From positions 25,378-89,377 of the forward strand of contig CAYPNB010000006.1 in assembly GCA_964412225.1 (NCBI GenBank): 64,000 nucleotides of DNA. The letters are read 5' to 3'. How positions within the stretch are numbered: the first letter of the stretch is position 1; the number at the start of each line of letters is the position of its first letter. Origin of the DNA: an uncultured bacterium (lineage in GTDB: Bacteria > Hydrothermota > Tepidihabitantia > Tepidihabitantales > Tepidihabitantaceae). The notes beneath the pieces were generated by a model. The model did not search any database. It was not told where the DNA came from and worked only from the letters and a program-made list of their open reading frames with translations. Below, in pieces: positions 57,594-64,000 of the stretch. A program made the position numbers and the translations under genes.

Positions 57594-58223
57594 GTGCAGG
57601 CGCTGGATAGTTTGATTGTGGATTACCAGGATTCCCTTGCCGGTGTCGTTTACTATTCTGCCGAGATGCACCCGGAGATGGAGGGGCGGGGCGGTCGGGG
57701 AAGGGCAAGATGGTATGGCGTGGGAATGGAGTTGCCACTCGCATTTTTTGATGGCACCCGGCGGGCACCCCAGATTACGATCAGAGACTCTTTTTACCCG
57801 ATTTACCAGTCTCTGGTTGATGCCAGCCGGGCCCAGAAGACGGTGCTGGAGATGGAGCTGGACAGTGTTCAGACACGAATTGAATCGGGTTATTTGCATG
57901 TGGGGGTACACATTACTTCCACCGATTCGGTGGTTGACACGATGAGCACCCTGCGGCTGGTGGCGGTGGTTTTTGAGGACAGTGTGCCTTATTACTCTTT
58001 TCTGAGGGGGGAGACAACCTATGCCCGGATGGTAGTGCGGGAGGTTATTGGGGATAGTCTGGGGGTCCCTCTGCAGTTGAGGTTTGGGCAGGATTTTGAC
58101 ACGGTCCTTACCGCCCCGGTTACCGGCTATAGTTTCGGTCGGGTCGGTGTGGCGGTTTCGGTTCAGGAGGTTGCGAACCGGGCGGTGTTGCAGTCGGTAA
58201 TCAGGAGAAGAGTTGGCAATTAA
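57594..58223 (+). CDS. Hypothetical protein (same frame as 57387-57575; possibly the downstream part of a TGA-interrupted selenoprotein)
   Basis: GTG start with no SD, only 18 nt after the TGA and in the same reading frame. The antisense ORF 57420-58397 is R/H/P-rich and judged spurious. Confidence 0.45.
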   Translation: MQALDSLIVDYQDSLAGVVYYSAEMHPEMEGRGGRGRARWYGVGMELPLAFFDGTRRAPQITIRDSFYPIYQSLVDASRAQKTVLEMELDSVQTRIESGYLHVGVHITSTDSVVDTMSTLRLVAVVFEDSVPYYSFLRGETTYARMVVREVIGDSLGVPLQLRFGQDFDTVLTAPVTGYSFGRVGVAVSVQEVANRAVLQSVIRRRVGN

Positions 58224-58233
58224 GGAGGTTTTT

Positions 58234-58869
58234 ATGAAGGTGAACCGGAATGGTTTTTGCCGTCTCCTTGCGGGGGGATGGGCAGTGGCGGTATCCCTGA
58301 TCGTCTTTGTCTCAGGGAGGGCGCTGGCGGCAGAGGAGAAACCGAAGGGGAAAACCAGGTATGAAATGGCGCCCGATTTTACCCTCCGCGATGTCAACGG
58401 TGAGGAGGTAACACTTTCCGAACTGTTGAAAAACGGTCCGGTTTATCTGGAGACGTGGGATTTACCCTGCGTTAACTGTGTTGCGGAACTGGATGCGCTC
58501 TTACCGGTTTATGACTCGCTGAAGTCGCGGGGCTTGCAGATCGTTGCCCTTTCCGTTGACAAACCTTCCGATGAGGCACGGGTAAAGGCGTTTGTGAAAG
58601 CCAAGAAGTGGCCCTACATCGTGCTCCTTGACCAGCAGCAAAAGGTGAAAAAGGCTTACAACGTCATCATCAAGCCAACCGCGGTTTTAATCAATATGAA
58701 GGGCGAGATTGTCTATACCCATATCGGATATAAAAAGGGTGACGAAAAGCGGATTGCCGAGGAGATGAAAAAGTGGTTGCCCGAGAAACCGGTTGACGAT
58801 ACGCCGGTAGAGAATGACAGGGGAGAAGAACCGGAAGGGGAACAGGAGAAAGGTAAAGGGCAGCAGTGA
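58234..58869 (+). CDS. TlpA/ResA-like thiol-disulfide oxidoreductase (thioredoxin fold, CxxC), signal-anchored
   Basis: Perfect AAGGAGG SD 6 nt before the ATG at 58234. N-terminal signal/TM. Redox motif WDLPCVNC with APDFTL... upstream (TlpA/AhpC-TSA family pattern). Confidence 0.75.
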   Translation: MKVNRNGFCRLLAGGWAVAVSLIVFVSGRALAAEEKPKGKTRYEMAPDFTLRDVNGEEVTLSELLKNGPVYLETWDLPCVNCVAELDALLPVYDSLKSRGLQIVALSVDKPSDEARVKAFVKAKKWPYIVLLDQQQKVKKAYNVIIKPTAVLINMKGEIVYTHIGYKKGDEKRIAEEMKKWLPEKPVDDTPVENDRGEEPEGEQEKGKGQQ

Positions 58870-60356
58870 AGGGGACCGGAGAGAGGCGGCCGGGGTTATT
58901 TGTTCTGGGCGTTGTTTTTCCCCTGTTTTTGACTGCGGCAGAATTCACAATCCAGGGCTCCAACCGGGCGGAGTTCTGGGGATATCAGAAGGACTGGGCA
59001 ACCCATTTTGAAGACAAACTGGAGATAATTGCCCGCTACGGTGATTTTGAGGGGGAGTTCGGGGCGCTCGTTTTTGAACCGTCAAAGCATGGACCGAGTG
59101 AGCGGAAGCCGGTGCGGTTGCTGGATTACACCATTGGTTATAACCCCCGGGAGGTGGAGCTGCGGCTGGGAAGGTTTTTCGCCACCTTCGGGCAGGGGCT
59201 GGCGCTGCGGACCTATTCTGATGACGATTTTCGGCATTACAAAAGCCTGCACGGGCTGCTGGGCAGGTTTAATTTACCGTTGCGAACACAGGTGACCCTT
59301 TTGGGGGGCAGGTTGCGGGATGTTTTCTTTCAGGAGAACACCTACAAGACGATGAACGAACTGGATACCACCGACCAGGTGCTGGGAGCAGACTTGACCG
59401 CGCAACCGGTGCGATTTCTTTCGTTGGGGGGGAGGTATGTGCGGATTAACCGGGAGGTGGATCCGACCGCAAAGGCGTTTACTGAGATTTTTGGCGGTGA
59501 TATCGGGCTGGATTTCGGACCGGTGGCGGTCTCCGGTGAGTTGTGCTGGCGGCTCGGTACAAAGCCCGGGATTGGCGGCAGGGAGAAAGGTTTTGGTGGA
59601 GTGGCGAATGTCATTTTGACCCTTGCCGGGTTTTCTGTTCTTGGGCAATACGTTGACTACACCCGTTTGGGTTTTCCGCCCGGCGTTTATCATTATAACG
59701 ACCCGCCGACACCGATTAAGTCCGGGGTGGCGATAAACCGGGGTGTTGATGAGCGCGGTTTCGGAGTCCAGGTTTCTGGAATGCCGACGGCCGCGGTTTA
59801 TCTTGAGGGGGATCTGGGTCGGTTGTTTGTTCATGACGATACAAGTGCCGGGGTTCTGGAAGGCGAAGTTAAGGGGAGATATACTCCTGGCGGCAACTGG
59901 ACATTAGAGACAAAGTTTAACCATATGGAGCAGAAGAACATTGAACTGGGCACCTATCGCCGGATCAACGACCGTCCGGGTCTACTTTTTAATTATCTGG
60001 CAGGTGGACATACCTTTGCCCTGGAGGCAGAAATGGGCTGGGTCGAGGAATGGCCTTCAGATACCACCCACGGGGCGGTGTGGCGGTATCACGAGCCGGT
60101 GATTGCCTTCAGTTACGGTTACGGTGAAAGGTGGCTTTTTACTATCGGCTGGCAGGGTGTGGACCGGGATTCGCTAAAGCGTTATGACAATCAACGGTCC
60201 TGGCCGATGTTTGAGACGGTCTGGAACATAAGCGAGAGGAACGTTTTGCGGGTGCGGGTTGGTGCGGAGAAGGGGGGGTATACCTGCTCGGGTGGTGTAT
60301 GCCGTTATGAGGCGCCATTTCAGGGTGTGAAGTTACAGTTGATCAGTCGGATATAG
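58866..60356 (+). CDS. Hypothetical secreted protein, predicted outer-membrane beta-barrel
   Basis: N-terminal signal peptide. 496 aa with alternating aromatic/Gly-rich beta-strand-like segments. 4-nt overlap with the TlpA-like gene. Confidence 0.4.
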   Translation: MKGTGERRPGLFVLGVVFPLFLTAAEFTIQGSNRAEFWGYQKDWATHFEDKLEIIARYGDFEGEFGALVFEPSKHGPSERKPVRLLDYTIGYNPREVELRLGRFFATFGQGLALRTYSDDDFRHYKSLHGLLGRFNLPLRTQVTLLGGRLRDVFFQENTYKTMNELDTTDQVLGADLTAQPVRFLSLGGRYVRINREVDPTAKAFTEIFGGDIGLDFGPVAVSGELCWRLGTKPGIGGREKGFGGVANVILTLAGFSVLGQYVDYTRLGFPPGVYHYNDPPTPIKSGVAINRGVDERGFGVQVSGMPTAAVYLEGDLGRLFVHDDTSAGVLEGEVKGRYTPGGNWTLETKFNHMEQKNIELGTYRRINDRPGLLFNYLAGGHTFALEAEMGWVEEWPSDTTHGAVWRYHEPVIAFSYGYGERWLFTIGWQGVDRDSLKRYDNQRSWPMFETVWNISERNVLRVRVGAEKGGYTCSGGVCRYEAPFQGVKLQLISRI

Positions 60357-60359
60357 AGG

Positions 60360-60470
60360 ATGCGGCGGGTAGTGATTGCGGTTATGATTTTAATCGGGGT
60401 GGCAGCGCTGATTCTCGGGGTCAAAGTTGGCCTGCTGGCGGTAATTCACGGTTTTGCCTCTCAGATATGA
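60360..60470 (+). CDS. Candidate 36-aa single-TM small membrane protein
   Basis: ATG at 60360 preceded by AGAGGA. Encodes MRRVVIAVMILIGVAALILGVKVGLLAVIHGFASQI. Not in the ORF track. Confidence 0.35.
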   Translation: MRRVVIAVMILIGVAALILGVKVGLLAVIHGFASQI

Positions 60471-60506
60471 CTGTCCTGTATGGGCCTCGTGTAGGCCATT
60501 AAAAGA

Positions 60507-61787
60507 ATGAAGAAACGGAAAATCGCCCCTTATCGCATCGGTCAGATAATCGGAACGGTGGTACTCAATGCCTATATCCTTGCCTATATTCAGGGAAAGA
60601 TTCTTTATTCTGGTTTTCTGAAGAGCATCCCGGAGCCGGTGCTCAACTGTTATGGCGGTCCGCTTTCGGTTTTCGCCTGTCCGCTTGGCTCATTCCAGCA
60701 GATTCTCGCCCAGCAGGGGTTGGCGTTCTATTTAAGGGTGCCCTGGGTTATTCTGGGGTTATTTATTGTGATTGGCGCTTTTGTCGGTAGGAGCCCCTGT
60801 GCTTGGGTGTGTCCATTCGGACTGGGGCAGGATTTACTTTATAAGATTAAACTCGGTCCGCGAGCAAAGGATAAACGGTGGATTTCCTTTGTGGTCATCG
60901 GCGTCATCGGATTGCTCGCGGTGGCGCTGCTCGCGGTTTTTGTCAAGGTTAATATTGCGAAGGCGCTCCTTTTCGGCTGGCTGCCGTTTATGGCGCTTTA
61001 CCTGTTCGGGGTATTCAAGGGGAAGATGGGACTGCCCAAGCGTTGGTTTCCGGGTGGAACGCTGGTGGGAATCGGTCTGGGGTTATTGATCGGCTGGCGT
61101 TATGATGTGAATCTGGGGATAGCCAGTGGGGTGGTGGCGACCACGGGGTTGGGGTTGGTAGGACCGGTGCCAACGCTGCTGCTGGCGGTGCCGGCTGGTT
61201 TTATCCTGGCGCTTTTTGGTAAAGGTGCTCATCTCGGACCTTTTGCCGGTGCTGAACTGGGGCTGCTGTTTGTCGTTTTTGCCGTTGTGGTGGTACTTTT
61301 GGTTGACCACTGGCTGAAACTCGCGCTGCCGGCGACGGGTTTGAAGTATCTATTTTTTGTCCTGGTGGCGGGGGTGCTGGCGTTCTTCACCGCCGAGCCC
61401 TGGTTTTGCAAACTGTGTCCGCAGGGAACCCTGGAGGCGGGTATTCCGCTCGTTCTCTGGGATCCGGTTCAGGGTTTGCGCAGTCTGGTGGGCTGGCTGT
61501 TTTACCTGAAGGTGGCGATACTTTTATTTGTTCTCTGGGCGGCAATGGTTATCAAACGGCCTTTCTGTCGGGTGGTTTGTCCAATTGGCGCAATTTATGC
61601 CCTTTTCAACAGGGTCAGCCTTTTGCGGCTTAAACTGGACCGGGAGAGTTGCAACGAATGCCAGTTGTGTCGCCGGGTCTGTCCAATGGACATTGAGCCT
61701 TACCAGGAGCCGAATCAAATAGACTGTATTCGTTGTTTTGAGTGTGTCTGGCATTGTCCGAAATCCAGTCTCAAAATTTCTGTCTGA
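60507..61787 (+). CDS. NapH/MauN/FixG-like integral membrane iron-sulfur protein with C-terminal 2x[4Fe-4S] ferredoxin motifs
   Basis: Multiple TM helices with CX3CP motifs (CAWVCP; CRVVCP), plus C-terminal CNECQLCRRVCP and CIRCFECVWHCP. Confidence 0.7.
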   Translation: MKKRKIAPYRIGQIIGTVVLNAYILAYIQGKILYSGFLKSIPEPVLNCYGGPLSVFACPLGSFQQILAQQGLAFYLRVPWVILGLFIVIGAFVGRSPCAWVCPFGLGQDLLYKIKLGPRAKDKRWISFVVIGVIGLLAVALLAVFVKVNIAKALLFGWLPFMALYLFGVFKGKMGLPKRWFPGGTLVGIGLGLLIGWRYDVNLGIASGVVATTGLGLVGPVPTLLLAVPAGFILALFGKGAHLGPFAGAELGLLFVVFAVVVVLLVDHWLKLALPATGLKYLFFVLVAGVLAFFTAEPWFCKLCPQGTLEAGIPLVLWDPVQGLRSLVGWLFYLKVAILLFVLWAAMVIKRPFCRVVCPIGAIYALFNRVSLLRLKLDRESCNECQLCRRVCPMDIEPYQEPNQIDCIRCFECVWHCPKSSLKISV

Positions 61788-61793
61788 AAAGCG

Positions 61794-62636
61794 GTGCGGA
61801 AACCGGAATGGCTGAAGGTGCAGTTACCCGGAGGCAAGGGGTTTAATCGGGTCAACGCAATTTTACTCCGGCACCGGCTGAATACGGTATGCAGCAGCGC
61901 CCGCTGTCCCAATATCGCCGAGTGTTGGAGTTCCGGGACCACAACGATAATGATTCTCGGCAATGTCTGTACCCGTGCCTGTCGCTTTTGTGCGGTGCGG
62001 ACCGGCAATCCGCAGGGCAAAACGGAGGTGGATGAGCCAGAAAGGGTGGCGCTGGCGGTTAAGGAACTGGGGGTTAGCTATCTGGTTCTTACATCGGTTG
62101 ACCGGGATGATCTGGCAGATTTCGGTGCCGGGCATTTTGCCCGAACAGTTCAGGTGGTGAAGGAGAGAAACCCCGGGGTGAAGGTTGAGGTTTTGGTGCC
62201 CGATTTTGGTGGACAGGAGGATTTGATAGCCGCGGTGCTGGCAGCTGGACCGGATGTATTCGGACATAATCTGGAGACGGTTGAACGTTTGACCCCCCTG
62301 GTGCGGGACCGGCGGGCAGGTTACCGGCTTTCCTTAACGGTTCTGGAGAAGGCAAAGAAAATTGCCCCTGCGGTGATAACCAAGAGCGGGTTGATGCTGG
62401 GGTTGGGGGAGACGCTGACAGAGGTCTTTGCCACCCTGGGAGATTTGCGCGCGGTGGGATGCGATGTGGTTACAGTTGGGCAGTACCTGCAGCCGAGCCG
62501 AGGGTGTCTGGATGTGGTGCGTTTCTGGACCCCCGCGGAGTTTGCCGAGATTAAAGCCCGGGCCGAGGTGATGGGGTTCCGGCAGGTTCAGGCAGGACCG
62601 CTGGTGCGCAGTTCTTATCGGGCGGCAGGAGATTAG
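61794..62636 (+). CDS. lipA: Lipoyl synthase
   Basis: N-terminal auxiliary cluster Cys (CSSARCPNIAECW) and radical SAM CTRACRFC. GTG start. Confidence 0.9.
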   Translation: MRKPEWLKVQLPGGKGFNRVNAILLRHRLNTVCSSARCPNIAECWSSGTTTIMILGNVCTRACRFCAVRTGNPQGKTEVDEPERVALAVKELGVSYLVLTSVDRDDLADFGAGHFARTVQVVKERNPGVKVEVLVPDFGGQEDLIAAVLAAGPDVFGHNLETVERLTPLVRDRRAGYRLSLTVLEKAKKIAPAVITKSGLMLGLGETLTEVFATLGDLRAVGCDVVTVGQYLQPSRGCLDVVRFWTPAEFAEIKARAEVMGFRQVQAGPLVRSSYRAAGD

Positions 62637-62638
62637 GG

Positions 62639-64000
62639 GTGGCCCCGACCGGTCAGGAGCGACCGCTCGCTCCCAAGGAGATTAAGTACGGGCTGAAGAT
62701 ATCAATAATTGAGGGTGCCTTTGCTACGCTTCATACCACCTTTGCCGGCGGGATGTTTCTTGCCGGTCTGGCGTTATATCTGGGGGCCAATTCGTTTCAG
62801 ATCGCCTTGATTTCTGGTATTCCGGCACTGGTGACCGGGTTCAGTTTTCTTGCCGGCTACCTTGTGCGCCAGATTCAGTCCCGGAAAATTCTGGTACTTT
62901 GGAGTGCGGGTTTAGGCAGGGCGATTTATATCGTTCTGGTGCCATTTCTTTTTCTTGAGATAAGGGTAAAAATCGCCTTTTTTCTTGCCTTGATTACCAT
63001 TGCCAGCGTTCTGATGACGATTGCCGGAACCACCTGGACATCCTGGATCAGCGATCTGGTGCCGGAGGACCAGCGGGGAAGGTTTTTCGGAGTGCGGAAT
63101 GCCGTTCTCGGTGTTACCGGTGTTTTTGCCGGCTATGCCGCGGGCAGAGGAATGGATTTTCTGAAGGCGAGCGGTAGGGAGTCGCTGGGTTATGCTCTTG
63201 CCTTCAGTCTGGCGATAGTAATGGGGTTAATTTCTACTCTTTTACTTGTCCGTCAACCCGAGCCAAAGCTGTCACCCAGGCCCGCAGCGAGGATAAAGGA
63301 GGTTGTCTTTGGTCCTTTGCAGGAGCCGCAGTTCCGACGGCTGACCGTTTTTCTTGCGATCTGGTTTCTCACCGGGACCCTGGCGTCGCCGTTCTATCTG
63401 GTGCATCTGATTAAAAACCTTCGTTTCGGTTTTGCCGCAATTGCCATCTACTCAATGATTGGCGGTGTAATCGGTGTTTTATTCCAGATTTTCTGGGGCA
63501 AGGCGATTGACCGGTTTGGTTCCCGGCCGGTAACAGTGCTCAATTTTGCCCTGGTTGGGGTTATGCCGTTTCTCTGGCTTTTTGCCACACCTGGTTTTCG
63601 TCTGCCGATCTGGATTGACGGGGTGCTGAACGGAGTGGTCTGGACCGGTGCCAGCCTCGGACTCTGGAATTTGCTTTTGGACCTGGCGGACAATCCGGCA
63701 CGGAAGGAAAGTTATTTTGCCATTTACAGCGTAGTAACCGGCCTGGGCGCCTTTGTTGCTTCACTGGTTGCGGGAACTCTTGCCCAGTTGCTGGGCCGGT
63801 TTCACCTGGTTATCGCGGGCGCGGATTTTTATAACTACGACGTGATGTTTCTCCTTGCCGGCTTTGCCCGTTTTGCCTGTTTGCCGCTGCTGTTAAAGGT
63901 TCAGGAGTCGGGCAGTAAACCGGTTCGTCATACGATCAGGGAGTTGTCCAATATGGCGCTCTGGCGGTTGAATGCGGGGAAGGATGTGCTCTTGCAGGCG
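62639..64000 (+). CDS. MFS-type transporter (3'-truncated at window end)
   Basis: The frame is open from GTG at 62639 to the end of the window. Twelve-TM-like hydrophobic periodicity with a basic loop (DRFGSRP). Not in the ORF track because it has no stop. Confidence 0.6.
   Translation, partial: MAPTGQERPLAPKEIKYGLKISIIEGAFATLHTTFAGGMFLAGLALYLGANSFQIALISGIPALVTGFSFLAGYLVRQIQSRKILVLWSAGLGRAIYIVLVPFLFLEIRVKIAFFLALITIASVLMTIAGTTWTSWISDLVPEDQRGRFFGVRNAVLGVTGVFAGYAAGRGMDFLKASGRESLGYALAFSLAIVMGLISTLLLVRQPEPKLSPRPAARIKEVVFGPLQEPQFRRLTVFLAIWFLTGTLASPFYLVHLIKNLRFGFAAIAIYSMIGGVIGVLFQIFWGKAIDRFGSRPVTVLNFALVGVMPFLWLFATPGFRLPIWIDGVLNGVVWTGASLGLWNLLLDLADNPARKESYFAIYSVVTGLGAFVASLVAGTLAQLLGRFHLVIAGADFYNYDVMFLLAGFARFACLPLLLKVQESGSKPVRHTIRELSNMALWRLNAGKDVLLQA

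Noticed and set aside
57420-58397. 325-aa minus-strand ORF
   Set aside because: Arg/His/Pro/Gln-rich composition typical of the antisense frame of a GC-rich gene. It overlaps a better-composed + strand ORF and the hsp20 terminator region.
1-64000. CRISPR arrays, IS elements, integrases, prophage or toxin-antitoxin modules
   Set aside because: No direct repeat-spacer periodicity, no transposase/integrase/recombinase motifs, no terminal inverted repeats. Gene content and GC are uniform housekeeping throughout.

Overview
This window reads as ordinary core chromosome from a high-GC (~58-60%) bacterium, tightly packed with housekeeping operons on both strands. I saw no transposase, integrase, CRISPR array, or phage genes. 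Genes present include uvrC, uvrB, rtcB, aspS (archaeal-type), hslU, argF, trxB, purD, purB, lpdA, lipB, lipA, secA, sppA, cysS, tsaD, arcC, htrA, thi4, hsp20, two acyl-CoA dehydrogenases, a 2-oxoacid:ferredoxin oxidoreductase pair, an RNase P RNA and a tRNA-Ile. Several traits point to a Fibrobacteres-Chlorobi-Bacteroidetes-type or candidate-phylum organism: a T9SS C-terminal sorting domain on an S8 peptidase, many genes lacking a Shine-Dalgarno sequence, an archaeal-type AspRS, RtcB, and a DRG-type GTPase. The most interesting locus is 57387-61787: a lipoprotein ORF interrupted by a single in-frame TGA that would create a U-x-x-C redox motif, with a SECIS-like hairpin just downstream (a candidate selenoprotein). 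It is followed by a TlpA-like CxxC thiol-disulfide oxidoreductase, a predicted outer-membrane beta-barrel, a 36-aa membrane peptide and a NapH-like polyferredoxin membrane protein, and may form a previously undescribed envelope thiol-redox module. Other notable items are a TsaC(YrdC)-like/LMW-PTP fusion, an arcC-secreted protein-DUF89-orphan hypC cluster, hslU without hslV, an orphan NrdG-like radical SAM activase, tandem small coiled-coil membrane paralogs after secA, and a small SD-preceded ORF ending in a terminator hairpin between rtcB and aspS. All calls come from reading motifs in the supplied translations; no database searches were run.
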